A DNA stretch of 64,000 bases from an uncultured Verrucomicrobiae bacterium (GCA_963759415.1 CAVWZG010000002.1:259131-323130); one strand, 5' to 3'; positions 38,093 to 48,465 are shown, counted from the stretch's first letter. Numbers and translations: made by a program. The notes: generated from the letters alone by a model not told the origin.

Positions 38093-39642
38093 TTTGTTTT
38101 GAGTTTTTGTTTTTTTCCCTGCTTCACGCATTCCCCCACCAACTCGGTTGGCAGGGGCCAACTATGTCCGAGAGCCAACAGACCCTGTGTTTCCTCGGGT
38201 CCCCAGGTTCCCGCGGCGTAATTTGGAAAGTCGCTGGGCGGAGCCATTGCCCAGACCTCGAGCACCGGCATCAATAATTGCCAAGCCGCTTCGACTTGGT
38301 CGGCGCGCATGAACAGCGTGGCGTCATTCTTCATGATGTCCCAGAGCAGCGTTTCATAAGCGTCGGGCGACTGGGTGTCGAACGTGTCCCGGTAATTGAA
38401 CTTCATCTCCACGGACCGCAGGCGCATCTTTGGACCGGGATGTTTGGCCTGAAAGCGCAGCACAATGCCCTCGTCAGGGTGGATGGACATCGTCAAACGG
38501 GACGGTTGCCAATCGAGAGTGGCCTCGGGCGGAAACGACTGGTGCGGCACGCTGCGGAATTGGATCGTAATTTCCGAGGCCTGCCGGACAAGCCGCTTCC
38601 CGGTGCGAAGGTAGAAAGGCACGTCCTGCCAGCGCCAATTGTCCAGGAAGAGCCTTAAAGCCACAAACGTTTCCGTTTGGGAAGCTGGCGACACACCGTC
38701 TTCTTCGCGATAACCGGAAACTTTTTTTCCGCCGACCCAGCCTTGGCCGTATTGTCCGCGCACCACGCATTGATGGACGGCGTCAGGGTGAATTGGACGC
38801 ACGGCGTGGAGGACATCCACTTTCTTATTGCGAATCTCGTCGGCATTGAATGACACCATCGGTTCCATGGCCACAAGGCAGAGCAATTGCATGAGGTGAT
38901 TCTGCACCATGTCGCGCAGCGCTCCCGCGTGATCGTAATAGCCGCCTCGATGTTCGACTCCCACCTCTTCGGCAGCGGTGATGGTCACATAATCCACATA
39001 TCGCCGGTTCCAGAGCGGTTCGAAGAGCGGGTTGGCAAAGCGGAAAGCCAGAATATTTTGGACCGTTTCCTTGCCCAAATAATGGTCGATACGGAAGATT
39101 TGGCATTCTTCGAAATTGGCGGCGAGGATGGCATTGAGGGCGCGGGCCGATTCCAGGTCGTAACCGATCGGTTTCTCGACCACGATCCGCGCCCATTTCC
39201 GGTCGCGGGCCAGGCCGGCTCGTCCAAGGTATTTTGGGATCTCGCCGAACATGCTCGGCGGAGTGGCCATGTAAAAGATCCGGTGGACTTTGGCGCCCCA
39301 TTCCTTTTCTAGTTTCGCGCATTGTTCGCCAAGAGCCGTGTAAGTTTGCAGCTTCTCGAAATCCCCCTGCTCATAGTGAATATGCCGGGCAAACTCGGCC
39401 CATTCACCGGCTTTCGCCTTTCCCTGGCGCGAGAACTTCTTTACGCCGTCGCCGAGACGCCGTCGCAGTGTTTCATCGCTCAGGTCAATGCGATCCACCG
39501 CGATGACCGCAAAATGCGCGGGCATGCTTCGATCCTGGGAAAGGTCAAACAAGGCCGGCACCAGCTTTCGCCAGGTCAGGTCGCCGGCCCCGCCAAAAAT
39601 GACAAATACAGTCGGTTCAAGTTGGTCGTTTGTTTTCATCAT
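38089..39642 (-). CDS. zwf: Glucose-6-phosphate 1-dehydrogenase
   Basis: [38 protein letters not shown]. Confidence 0.97.
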   Translation of the reverse strand: MMKTNDQLEPTVFVIFGGAGDLTWRKLVPALFDLSQDRSMPAHFAVIAVDRIDLSDETLRRRLGDGVKKFSRQGKAKAGEWAEFARHIHYEQGDFEKLQTYTALGEQCAKLEKEWGAKVHRIFYMATPPSMFGEIPKYLGRAGLARDRKWARIVVEKPIGYDLESARALNAILAANFEECQIFRIDHYLGKETVQNILAFRFANPLFEPLWNRRYVDYVTITAAEEVGVEHRGGYYDHAGALRDMVQNHLMQLLCLVAMEPMVSFNADEIRNKKVDVLHAVRPIHPDAVHQCVVRGQYGQGWVGGKKVSGYREEDGVSPASQTETFVALRLFLDNWRWQDVPFYLRTGKRLVRQASEITIQFRSVPHQSFPPEATLDWQPSRLTMSIHPDEGIVLRFQAKHPGPKMRLRSVEMKFNYRDTFDTQSPDAYETLLWDIMKNDATLFMRADQVEAAWQLLMPVLEVWAMAPPSDFPNYAAGTWGPEETQGLLALGHSWPLPTELVGECVKQGKKQKLKTK

Positions 39643-39664
39643 TCCGGCTTCCTCTCCCATATAA

Positions 39665-42211
39665 TCACCGCTGCCATAGGATGTATGAGGCCTCCAGAGG
39701 AACCGCGACACTGTCCCGGCGCGGGATCACGCGCGCGGTGTAATCCCCTGGCGGGCGGGCCGCAGGGACAGTTGCGCTATAGACATAGCCGCCGGTTGCG
39801 CCGGTCAGTGGACGAACGTTCTTCATTTCCTGCCGCTCCGGATTGCCCCCATCGGCTCTGTCGGCATAAAGCTCGACTTGCACCGCCTTGGGGTCGAGGT
39901 CGTCGAGATAAACTTGAAGTTCAAAAACGTGCTGCTGATCTTTAGTCTCCACCTTCATTTGGCCGAAGCGCAACGCGGACCATTTCTGTTTGAGACCGTG
40001 CTGCCACTCGACTATCTGCCTTCCTCTGGCGCCCTTATTCGCGACGCGCAACTGCTGGGCAACGGCAGCCGGCAGGTAGTGCTGCTCGGTGTAATCGCGC
40101 ACGGTGCGGCTGGCGGAAAAGCGCGGCGTCAACTGTGCCATGCTTTCCCTCATCCGCGCCACCCAGGCAGTGGGAATGCCCTTATCGTTGCGGGAATAAA
40201 ACTCGGGGATCACTTCCCGTTCCAGCCGCTCGTAAAGCGCCACGGCTTCGGCCGCCTCCCAGGCCGGATCGTCGCCGTGCTCCTGGCCATCCCCCAAAGC
40301 CCACCCCACTTGGGGCGCATACGCCTCGGCCCACCAACCATCCAACTCCGAGAGATTAATGCCGCCATTGACAAGCACCTTCATGCCGCTCGTTCCGCAC
40401 GCCTCCCAAGGCCGTCGTGGTGTGTTGAGCCAAACATCCACCCCCTGCACCAGGCGCTCGGTCAAATGCATGTCGTAGTCACTGAGAAAAATCGCATGGG
40501 GGCGGACTTCGGGCTGGCGAATGAACTGGATCCATTGCCGGATCAGGGCTTGTCCCGCCGCGTCCGCGGGGTGGGCCTTGCCCGCAATGATGAGTTGCAC
40601 CGGGCGTTGAGACTGGGTGAGCAGACGAAGCAGTCGCCCCGGGTCGTGCAGCAGCAGGTTGGGCCGTTTGTAGGTGGCGAAACGCCGCGCAAAGCCCAGC
40701 GTCAACGCGTTGGGATCGAAGAGATGCTTTGCCTCCTCAACCGTCTCGGGCGACGCGCCGGCAGCCGCATAGTGGAGAGCCAGGCGCTCGCGAGCGTATT
40801 CTATCAGAGACTTTCTGGAGGAATTGCGAAATTGCCAAAGGTTGGCGTCGGAAACCCGGCGGATCTCCTGCTCCAGATTATCCTGTCTTCCAAGCCAGCG
40901 GTCCTTTTGACAGGCTTTCGTCCAAAGATCGTCGGCTGCCGCCGAATCCCAGGTCGGCATGTGGACTCCGTTGGTCACGTGTCCGACAGGCACTTCGTCC
41001 GCCGGCCAGTGAGGAAAAAGAGGCTCAAAGAGATGCCGGCTGACTTTCCCATGCAAGCGGCTCACGCCATTGACCGCCCCGCTGCCGCGGATGGCCAGAT
41101 AGGCCATGTTGAAACTTTCCGACGAGTCGTCCGCATTCTGGCGGCCCAGAGCCAGCAAATCCCGGAGCGGAATGCCAAGCTTTTCCCCGGCGTACTTGCC
41201 GAGGTATCGTTCGATGAGATCGGGAGCAAAGCGATCAAAGCCGGCGGCGACCGCCGTGTGGGTGGTAAAAAGGTTTCCCGCTCGCGTGGCGGCCAACGCA
41301 ACGTCAAAGGGCTGCCCATTCTCCTGCATGAAACTGCGGGCGCGCTCCAACACGGCGAAGGCCGCATGTCCCTCGTTGAGATGACAGACTTCCGGGCGGA
41401 TGCCAAGCGCTGCCAGCAGCCGCCATCCGCCAATGCCCAGAAGCAGCTCCTGCTTGAGGCGCAAATCCGGCCCGCCTCCATACAGTTCGCTGGTGATCCC
41501 GCGATGAGCAGGAAAGTTCGCCGCGTCGTTGCTGTCCAACAGGTAGAGTTTGACCCGGCCAACCTGGGCCTGCCAGGCGCGCAGCCAGACCGAGTACCCG
41601 GGCAAGGCGATCTCCAACCTCAACCACTCGCCGTTCGGGTGGCGCACCGGCGAGATCGGCAACTGTCCGGGGTCGTTATAGGGATAGAGGGCCTGTTGTG
41701 CGCCGTCCTTATCAATCACCTGTCGAAAATAGCCCTGTTGATAGAGCAGTCCCACTCCGGCCACTGGGACGCCAAGGTCGCTGGCGGCCTTGAGTTGATC
41801 ACCCGCCACGTTGCCCAGCCCACCCGAGTAAATCGGCAGCGCTTCGCTCAACATGAATTCCATGCTGAAATAGGCCACGCACGTCAAGGCAGACTGGGGA
41901 TGCTGTTGCTGGAACCACGCCGGCGCCGCCGCCGACTGGCGTTTGGCTTGCAGCAGGTCATCCACTTTCTTCCGAAAGGCTGGATCGGCCAGCGTGCGCT
42001 CGAGTCGGTCCCTCGCGACCGTCTGCAGGACAACCCAGGGATTTTGCGTCAGTTCCCAAAGCGCGGGATCCAGCAGCCGCCACACCTCGTCGGCGCCATG
42101 ATTCCACGACCAGCGCATATCCAAGGCCAGCTCCGCCAAGGAATCGAAGCCCTCGACTTCCGTAGGAAGAAGATTGTAGATCGGGTGGCTTATTTGCGTT
42201 TGTTTGCTCAT
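39665..42211 (-). CDS. glgP: Alpha-glucan (glycogen) phosphorylase
   Basis: [31 protein letters not shown] (PLP lysine). Confidence 0.96.
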   Translation of the reverse strand: MSKQTQISHPIYNLLPTEVEGFDSLAELALDMRWSWNHGADEVWRLLDPALWELTQNPWVVLQTVARDRLERTLADPAFRKKVDDLLQAKRQSAAAPAWFQQQHPQSALTCVAYFSMEFMLSEALPIYSGGLGNVAGDQLKAASDLGVPVAGVGLLYQQGYFRQVIDKDGAQQALYPYNDPGQLPISPVRHPNGEWLRLEIALPGYSVWLRAWQAQVGRVKLYLLDSNDAANFPAHRGITSELYGGGPDLRLKQELLLGIGGWRLLAALGIRPEVCHLNEGHAAFAVLERARSFMQENGQPFDVALAATRAGNLFTTHTAVAAGFDRFAPDLIERYLGKYAGEKLGIPLRDLLALGRQNADDSSESFNMAYLAIRGSGAVNGVSRLHGKVSRHLFEPLFPHWPADEVPVGHVTNGVHMPTWDSAAADDLWTKACQKDRWLGRQDNLEQEIRRVSDANLWQFRNSSRKSLIEYARERLALHYAAAGASPETVEEAKHLFDPNALTLGFARRFATYKRPNLLLHDPGRLLRLLTQSQRPVQLIIAGKAHPADAAGQALIRQWIQFIRQPEVRPHAIFLSDYDMHLTERLVQGVDVWLNTPRRPWEACGTSGMKVLVNGGINLSELDGWWAEAYAPQVGWALGDGQEHGDDPAWEAAEAVALYERLEREVIPEFYSRNDKGIPTAWVARMRESMAQLTPRFSASRTVRDYTEQHYLPAAVAQQLRVANKGARGRQIVEWQHGLKQKWSALRFGQMKVETKDQQHVFELQVYLDDLDPKAVQVELYADRADGGNPERQEMKNVRPLTGATGGYVYSATVPAARPPGDYTARVIPRRDSVAVPLEASYILWQR

Positions 42212-43857
42212 AATTTCCTTTCCAAAGCATTACTGACAATCGTTTGTGCTTCCTCCAGTATGCGGCGCAGATGGTCTGCTCCCTGGAAGCTCTCCCCATA
42301 AATCTTGTAAATCTCTTCTGTTCCGGACGGACGGGCCGCGAACCATCCGCTCTGCGCTGCCACCTTCAAACCGCCGATAGGCGCGCTGTTGCCTGGGGCC
42401 TGAGTAAGAACGCTCTGGATTTTTTCACCGGCCAACTCCGTGATCTTCACCTGCTGAGGTGAAAGTTTCGCCAGCAATGCTTTTTGGGCAGGAGTGGCAG
42501 GCGCTTCAACGCGGTCATAGACAGCCTCACCGAATTCGCGCGTAAGCTTGTGGTAGATTTCTCCAGGATCCTGTCCCGTTCGCGCGGTCATCTCCGCGGC
42601 GAGCAGACACGGAACGATTCCATCTTTGTCCGTCGTCCAAACGGCGCCGTTCAAACGAGCGAAGGAGGCCCCGGCGCTTTCCTCTCCGCCAAAAGCCAGC
42701 GAGCCGTCGAGCAAACCATCGACAAACCACTTGAAACCAACGGGAACCTCATAAAGTTTGCGGCCCAGTTTTGCGGTGACGCGATCGATCATTTGGCTGC
42801 TCACCAGGGTCTTGCCGACCGCCGCTTCCCTGCGCCACTCCGGCCGGTGTTGAAGAAGATAGAAGATGGCGACAGAAAGGTAATGATTAGGGGGCAGCAA
42901 TCCTTTGCTCTTGGTCACAATGCCGTGCCGGTCATGGTCGGTGTCGCAGGCAAAGGAAAGGTCAAAACGGTGCTTTATCCCGATCAACCGTTCCATCGCA
43001 TAAGTCGAGGACGGGTCCATCCGTATCTGACCATCCCAATCCACGGTCATAAACCGAAAAGTGGGATCCACCTCTTCATTGACCACAGCAAGTTTCAAAT
43101 CATAGCGCTCGGCAATTCGTCCCCAGTAATGGATGCCGGCGCCGCCAAGGGGATCCACACCCATGTCAAGCCTCGCGTCGCGAATGACCTCCATGTGAAC
43201 CATGTCGCCAAGATCGGCAACGTAGGGGCTGAGATAGTCGTGCTGATGCGTTGTCGAAGCGCGCAGAGCCTGCGCATGGGGGATCCGTTTCACCCCGGCG
43301 AGCCGGGCTTCGAGCAACTCGTTGGCCTTTGCCTCAATCCAATCGGTGACGACATTGTCCGCCGGCCCGCCCTTGGGCGGATTATACTTGAAACCGCCGT
43401 CCTGTGGCGGATTGTGCGAGGGCGTGATGACAATTCCGTCGGCCAGCCCCATCTTCCTGTTGCGATTGTAGGACACAATCGCATGAGAAATCACCGGGGT
43501 CGGAGTGTATTCGTCTCTTTCTGCGAGCATCACCTCGACTTCATTTGCCGCCAGGACCTCAAGCGCGGTGGTGCGCGCCGGAACGGAAAGCGCATGTGTG
43601 TCGATACCCAGAAACAACGGGCCGGAGATATTTTGCTGCTTGCGATAAAGGCAAATCGCCTGGGTGATCGCGAGGATGTGCCACTCGTTGAAAGCCCGGT
43701 TGAACGAGGAGCCGCGATGCCCCGAGGTGCCAAACGCGACGCGTTGCGCCGACACCGCTGGATCGGGATCATCGGTATAATAGGCGGTGATAAGCCGCGA
43801 AACATCGACCAGTATTCCGGATGGAGCCGGTTTCCCGGCAAGGGGACTTATTTTCAT
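42208..43857 (-). CDS. pgm: Phosphoglucomutase
   Basis: MKISPLAGK start, FGTSGHRG, TPSHNPP, DTDHDRH, GEESAG, RPSGTE. Confidence 0.96.
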   Translation of the reverse strand: MKISPLAGKPAPSGILVDVSRLITAYYTDDPDPAVSAQRVAFGTSGHRGSSFNRAFNEWHILAITQAICLYRKQQNISGPLFLGIDTHALSVPARTTALEVLAANEVEVMLAERDEYTPTPVISHAIVSYNRNRKMGLADGIVITPSHNPPQDGGFKYNPPKGGPADNVVTDWIEAKANELLEARLAGVKRIPHAQALRASTTHQHDYLSPYVADLGDMVHMEVIRDARLDMGVDPLGGAGIHYWGRIAERYDLKLAVVNEEVDPTFRFMTVDWDGQIRMDPSSTYAMERLIGIKHRFDLSFACDTDHDRHGIVTKSKGLLPPNHYLSVAIFYLLQHRPEWRREAAVGKTLVSSQMIDRVTAKLGRKLYEVPVGFKWFVDGLLDGSLAFGGEESAGASFARLNGAVWTTDKDGIVPCLLAAEMTARTGQDPGEIYHKLTREFGEAVYDRVEAPATPAQKALLAKLSPQQVKITELAGEKIQSVLTQAPGNSAPIGGLKVAAQSGWFAARPSGTEEIYKIYGESFQGADHLRRILEEAQTIVSNALERKL

Positions 43858-43908
43858 GGATTCTTGTTCCGTGTCAGCACCGCCAGTGGCCGGTGCAGTT
43901 ATCACGCC

Positions 43909-43954
43909 AACATAATCCACTGAACCGTCCGGGCGCTATGAGGGATAACCCTAT
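43909..43954 (-). promoter_or_regulatory. Stress-cluster box plus promoter upstream of pgm
   Basis: Minus strand: ATAGGGTTATCCCTCA-TAGCGC-N18-TATGTT. Confidence 0.6.
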
Positions 43955-43959
43955 TTTGT

Positions 43960-44112
43960 CTATGAGATTTTGAGGCGATTGAACACGGGGATTTTAGCAA
44001 AGTCCAAGATGAATCCAAAAACCACTGGCGCCACGAATATTCCTGCCACAACAAATAGAGGCAGAGGAGCCATGGCGATCCCGCAAATCGCCAGGGTTGA
44101 GGCAATCATCAA
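43960..44112 (-). pseudogene. C-terminal remnant of a P-type (PMA-like proton-efflux) ATPase
   Basis: Not in the ORF track; hand translation LMIASTLAICGIAMAPLPLFVVAGIFVAPVVFGFILDFAKIPVFNRLKIS* resembles the last two TM helices of bacterial PMA-type ATPases. Confidence 0.6.
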
Positions 44113-44124
44113 ATACGCACTTTC

Positions 44125-44265
44125 TTATGCGGCTTCTCCGCTCGCCTGACGCATTTGGTCGTGCTCCGCATCAGCGATGCCTTCTTCGATAAGCCTCTCA
44201 TTATCGCTTCGCCCCTCGTCGTCCTCATCCGCACTGGGCGCCACTGGCGCTTTGTGTCCGGCCGA
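44125..44265 (-). pseudogene. 3' remnant of a small acidic protein
   Basis: SAGHKAPVAPSADEDDEGRSDNERLIEEGIADAEHDQMRQA with no own start; overlaps the PRC-barrel gene end out of frame. Confidence 0.5.
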
Positions 44266-44905
44266 ACACCGTGGATTCCTCGTAACTGATGCGGTCCCCT
44301 TTATTCGTCGGTATGAGCACTTCCTTGCCGGAAATGCGGTGACCCGTCTTGACAACCAATTGGTTAACCGCCCAACTCTTGGCGTCCATCATAAAATCGC
44401 AGACATGGCCGATCACCTCGCCGCCCGCCTTGAGGTTGTAACCGATGACGGCTTGCGCGCTTCGCAAATGCGCATCGGCGCATCCGGATTGCGGCCCGCT
44501 CGTGCCGTCTCGTGCGCTCAGGGGAGGTTTTACGGACAGCTCCACAAGCGGGAACCCGCTCGGGCCCCACAGCCCGTCACCCTGCCAGTATGCCGGCCAA
44601 CCGTAATAGCGGTAATACTCCTCTTCATATTGTCGCGACACTGGCTTGTGCGACTCAATCGAAGGGCTGTTCTCAATTTGTTTCCGGGTCAGCTTCACGC
44701 GCAGGAGTTTTCCAGGCTCGTCGAGGTTGCCGAGCGAGTGGGGCGAGATAAGCACCTGCCGCCCAGGCAACCAGGAGCCTGTGTCCGCGACCACATAGCG
44801 AATCGCCCAGCTTTGATCGTCGAAATAAAAGTCTTTCACGTGGCCGATTTCTCCATCGGACGCACCGAGTTTCTCCCCAAACAATTGTTTAATGCTTCGT
44901 ACCAT
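44225..44905 (-). CDS. Tandem PRC-barrel domain protein, C-terminus apparently truncated
   Basis: DGEIGHVKDFYFDDQSWAIRYVVADTGSWLPGRQVLISP and a second barrel IGHVCDFMMDAKSWAV; ends abruptly after ISYEESTVF. Confidence 0.85.
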   Translation of the reverse strand: MVRSIKQLFGEKLGASDGEIGHVKDFYFDDQSWAIRYVVADTGSWLPGRQVLISPHSLGNLDEPGKLLRVKLTRKQIENSPSIESHKPVSRQYEEEYYRYYGWPAYWQGDGLWGPSGFPLVELSVKPPLSARDGTSGPQSGCADAHLRSAQAVIGYNLKAGGEVIGHVCDFMMDAKSWAVNQLVVKTGHRISGKEVLIPTNKGDRISYEESTVFGRTQSASGAQCG

Positions 44906-44920
44906 AATATAGTCCTTTGT

Positions 44921-45250
44921 TTAAATTGACTGCTGACGGTGACCTGGCGGGCGGAATGCCAGCCAGAGGGTGAAAATCAGGCTCGCGCCTTTAAGAATGG
45001 TTTGCAGCCAGGAAGGTTTTGCATTGGCGTCCACAGGTTTGCCGCGCCGGAAGGCCGCCAAGCCCGCCACCAGCACTGCGGCTGATGAAGCGATCGAAGT
45101 GAAGGATTTGGCGCGGTCGGCGAACATGCAAACGTCCGCCGTCAACCCGGCCAGATTCCCGGCCATCTCGGCGCGGTTAAGTTCACTTTCGGCAAGCAAG
45201 AGCTGTTTCCGCAATTCGAGCGGCTTCAAGCGAGGATTTCTTCCAAACAT
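44921..45250 (-). CDS. YqjK-like small membrane-associated protein
   Basis: LELRKQLLLAESELNR; position after YqjE-like and DUF883 genes; true start may be slightly downstream. Confidence 0.65.
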   Translation of the reverse strand: MFGRNPRLKPLELRKQLLLAESELNRAEMAGNLAGLTADVCMFADRAKSFTSIASSAAVLVAGLAAFRRGKPVDANAKPSWLQTILKGASLIFTLWLAFRPPGHRQQSI

Positions 45251-45616
45251 GCGCGATCCTTTCGAAGTTGGTCCAGTGAGGCGGAAAACGACTCCCAGTC
45301 ACGCAGCAACCCAGTGAGTCGGCGGCAAAGCCAAACTCCGGCTGCGCCATAGAGTCCGGTTAATGTGAGGAGAACGGCCACGGGTGAGCCAGCCCAGAAC
45401 AAAACCACGATGGCAGCCGTCAACGTCATGCCTTGCGAGCAGACCAAACGCGGCCACGCCCAGGGCCAAAAGAAAGGCCTGCAGGAGGCGTTCGCGCCCC
45501 TCCTGCACTTCCACCGTCAACAGTTCGAGCCGGTTTTCCCCGATGGTCAACAGCCGGCGCGCGAAGTCCTTCGAGCTCGCGGCCAGTTGACTGACGCTGA
45601 CAGAGGCTTCTTCCAT
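45226..45616 (-). pseudogene. YqjE / phage-holin-family membrane protein, frameshifted (real lesion or sequencing error)
   Basis: ENRLELLTVEVQEGRER...AAFGLLA continues in another frame as GMTLTAAIVV...FSASLDQLRKDR; one extra base at ~45433. Confidence 0.8.
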
Positions 45617-45623
45617 AACGCGC

Positions 45624-45929
45624 TCAATCGCGATTACAGGAGCACCGGCGGGCGACGAGATAACCCACGAGCGCTCCGACTCCGACCCCGATGGCTATGG
45701 CTTGATAGGGATGCTCATGCACGGCTTCGTCGGCCGCTTTGGCGCCTTCGACCGCTTTGGCGCGGACACGTCCCGCGATTTCCTTGGCGCGTTCCAGCGC
45801 GACGGTCAGACGCTTGCGGGCTTCCGCAACTTTCTCTCCGGCCACATCGGCGGTGGCGGTCATCAAAGCGCGCGCGTCTTCGGCGATCGTGCCCAGGTCA
45901 TTACCGATATCTTGTGTAGGTGTATTCAT
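45624..45929 (-). CDS. DUF883 / ElaB-YqjD family protein
   Basis: AKAADEAVHEHPYQAIAIGVGVGALVGYLVARR. Confidence 0.92.
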   Translation of the reverse strand: MNTPTQDIGNDLGTIAEDARALMTATADVAGEKVAEARKRLTVALERAKEIAGRVRAKAVEGAKAADEAVHEHPYQAIAIGVGVGALVGYLVARRCSCNRD

Positions 45930-45944
45930 ATTTTTCTGTCGTTT

Positions 45945-46313
45945 CTATTTGTTTGAGTTATTCAGTGGTAAATTTTCCGCGTCGGCCAGATGGGCGGCTT
46001 CCGGCGAACTGGCCACCTTCAATACCGAGTTTCTTCCGCCAAACGGGTTGGGCACGGTTTCTCTGGCTAGCGGGTCGGGCATCCATTGACCGTCCACCAC
46101 CAGGCAGTATTCGTAGGTGCCGGGTGCCAGTTCCGTATCTTTGAGCCAATGACCTTGGCCTGCCGGATGCATGGCTTTGGTGGCGGGCTGCCACTGGTTG
46201 AAAGTTCCGGCGACGCACACCTTTGTAGCCGTGGGATGAGTGAATTCAAAGCGAACGCGCATGAGCTGGGGGCCGGGGCCAGGGACGTTGTCGTGGTTGC
46301 GATTGTGTTTCAT
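45945..46313 (-). CDS. Stand-alone glycogen-binding domain protein (CBM48/AMPK-beta-like)
   Basis: VCVAGTFNQW...LAPGTYEYCLVVDGQWMPDP...NPFGGRNSVL. Confidence 0.9.
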   Translation of the reverse strand: MKHNRNHDNVPGPGPQLMRVRFEFTHPTATKVCVAGTFNQWQPATKAMHPAGQGHWLKDTELAPGTYEYCLVVDGQWMPDPLARETVPNPFGGRNSVLKVASSPEAAHLADAENLPLNNSNK

Positions 46314-46378
46314 AGTTGGTGATTCATTTTGAACGGTTGACTTTCGATTTTCAAAAAATGTTGCATGTCACGCCGCTA

Positions 46379-46423
46379 ATAATACGGCGGAAACATTGTC
46401 AATGCTATGGGTGTTACCCCACC
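46379..46423 (-). promoter_or_regulatory. Stress-cluster box plus promoter upstream of the CBM48 operon
   Basis: Minus strand: GGTGGGGTAACACCCA-TAGCAT-N17-TATTAT. Confidence 0.7.
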
Positions 46424-46437
46424 CAACCTTCCAGCAC

Positions 46438-48459
46438 TCAGTCGGATTTCGGCGGCAATGACTTCAAACCTCCCAGCGCTCCCAAAATGGTCTTTTGCAC
46501 CGCCGGATTGTAGAGATTCCCCAAGTGCCCGCCCTGCGCGAATACGGTCAATTGTTTCGGGGCAAACGTGGCGCGCAGCCAGGCCAGGTCCTCGTCCGCG
46601 AGCAGAAAGTCATTTTGATTGACTATAACGCGGATGTTGGGATTTGCGCGCAGACCGGCATCATACGTCCGCAAATCACCGGCTTTCTCCATCGCTTCCG
46701 CCACCGGTGAGGCCATGCCCCTGGCCCGATAATAGGGGACGGCAAATTTCGCAAAGTAATCCTGGTAGGAATACTGAAGGATTTCCTGATAAGCCGGATC
46801 CCGCCTCCAGCTCCGCATCGGGTGTCGCAGGACTCCCTGATTGTTTCGGCGCTGACTGCTGAAAATAATATCCCGCAGCATGAACCGAAACGTCAGTCCG
46901 ATGAGAAACTTGGACTCAATGGCGTTGAATGGCAGCGAGGTTTGCGGCGTGATTTTGTTCTTGCTCATGGCGGCCATCTTCAAAAAAGTGTTGTCGATGT
47001 TGTCGGTTCGTTCGGCTTCCGGCCAGGACAGGGGCGCCCGATAATATGCGTCCAACTGGGAAATCCCATGCAGTAACCGGACTGGGGTGTTAATGGCAAC
47101 GTAGCGGTCAAACTTCATCAACGGCAATGCGTTCGTCGGCTCGGTGGACGCGACGTACAAAGAATCGAATGCGCCCATGGAATAGCCCATCAACGCTTTC
47201 TGGCCCAGGCGCCCCGGATACAACGTCCTCAATCGGTGATCCATCTCGGTCAAAGCGACGTGCAAGTCGTGGCCATCGACCGGCAGATAAGCCGGCATGG
47301 CCGCGGTCGAGGCGTGCTCCATGAACTCAGAGTTGAAAGGGCTGCTGATGCACACGGCGGAAAAGCCGTTCGAGTAAACCAACTCGGCCAGCGCCAGGGA
47401 TGTTTCAGCCAGTCGATGGGAGCCAAGGCCGGGTATAATGTAAACCACGGGCGCTTTTCCCGGTTGCAACCAAAACGTGAACTTTAATCTGCGGCCCGTG
47501 CTCGGAATCAGAACCGACCGGGTCGTGCCTCGATCTGGGAAGCCAGGGTCTTTGTAGGTAAAGAAGACCGATTCGAGGGTTTCCAAGGAGGCTTCGTCCT
47601 GTTTTCCCTTCACTTGAAAATCCGCCACCCGGTTCTCCCGCACGAACGTCCACGCATACTGGATTTCGGCATACGGATCCATTTCGGCCTGACTGAAGCG
47701 CACCGATTCGCGCACGGTATCGGCAAAATCGTTATACATGACCGCGTAGGTGAAATAAGTGTAGGGGCCGAGATAGGTCAGCGGATTGTTCGCGTCAAAT
47801 TTGTAGGGAGAGATGTAGAGCAACGGATTGGCGGCCGTGTCCGCGGCCCAGCCAACCGTATCCCGTTCATTGCTCGGCCCCAGAATGGGCAGCATCAGAA
47901 AACAGGAAGGCTTCCAGCCCCACTGGCCAAACGTCTGGCCAAAATCCGCGTCCGATTTCAGAATGTGCCATTTAAGCGCCACATCGAAAAACCCGCCCAC
48001 TCCGACCGTCGTGTTGCAAACGAAACGGTAGGATTCGTCGCGTGCTCCGGTCCACTTTCCCTGGAGCAAGTTGTTGATCGCCCGTCCCGGGTACACGAGG
48101 TTCCTGCCCATATTTCCGAATCCGGTTCGGACCGGTTTCACGACCACAAACCGATAAAGCTTGCTCGTCGGCTTGATGACGTCGGTCATCAACCCTTTAT
48201 TGAAGGCCCACATCGCCCGATTCCATGGTTCGATGGGGTCGGGAACGGATTTGGGCAGAACAACGGTCTGCGCCGCCGGCGAGTTCGTGACTCCTACGGC
48301 TGGCTGCTGCCCGCGTGCAAACGGCAAGAAGCACAACGGCAGAATTAACAGCGCCCAACCTCGAAGAATACGGCCCAATCGACTTTTCAATTTACCCGCC
48401 TTTCCGGCCATGAGAGACAAAACTTTGGGGCTTATTGGCGGAATGACATCGTCGTTCAT
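46438..48459 (-). CDS. VacJ/MlaA domain fused to an alpha/beta-hydrolase
   Basis: DPIEPWNRAMWAFN, NTTVGVGGFFDVA, DFGQTFGQWG, LPILGPSNERD, followed by GYSMG elbow, NQNDFL and GGHLGN; ATG 48459 lies 6 nt after the -10. Confidence 0.85.
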   Translation of the reverse strand: MNDDVIPPISPKVLSLMAGKAGKLKSRLGRILRGWALLILPLCFLPFARGQQPAVGVTNSPAAQTVVLPKSVPDPIEPWNRAMWAFNKGLMTDVIKPTSKLYRFVVVKPVRTGFGNMGRNLVYPGRAINNLLQGKWTGARDESYRFVCNTTVGVGGFFDVALKWHILKSDADFGQTFGQWGWKPSCFLMLPILGPSNERDTVGWAADTAANPLLYISPYKFDANNPLTYLGPYTYFTYAVMYNDFADTVRESVRFSQAEMDPYAEIQYAWTFVRENRVADFQVKGKQDEASLETLESVFFTYKDPGFPDRGTTRSVLIPSTGRRLKFTFWLQPGKAPVVYIIPGLGSHRLAETSLALAELVYSNGFSAVCISSPFNSEFMEHASTAAMPAYLPVDGHDLHVALTEMDHRLRTLYPGRLGQKALMGYSMGAFDSLYVASTEPTNALPLMKFDRYVAINTPVRLLHGISQLDAYYRAPLSWPEAERTDNIDNTFLKMAAMSKNKITPQTSLPFNAIESKFLIGLTFRFMLRDIIFSSQRRNNQGVLRHPMRSWRRDPAYQEILQYSYQDYFAKFAVPYYRARGMASPVAEAMEKAGDLRTYDAGLRANPNIRVIVNQNDFLLADEDLAWLRATFAPKQLTVFAQGGHLGNLYNPAVQKTILGALGGLKSLPPKSD

Positions 48460-48465
48460 CACATG

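Noticed and set aside
39878-43923. 807-aa and 479-aa plus-strand ORFs
   Set aside because: They are antisense shadows of glgP and pgm with no recognisable motifs
45226-45616. 'Phage holin family' gene as a sign of a prophage
   Set aside because: The context is the DUF883-YqjE-YqjK stress operon and no phage genes are present
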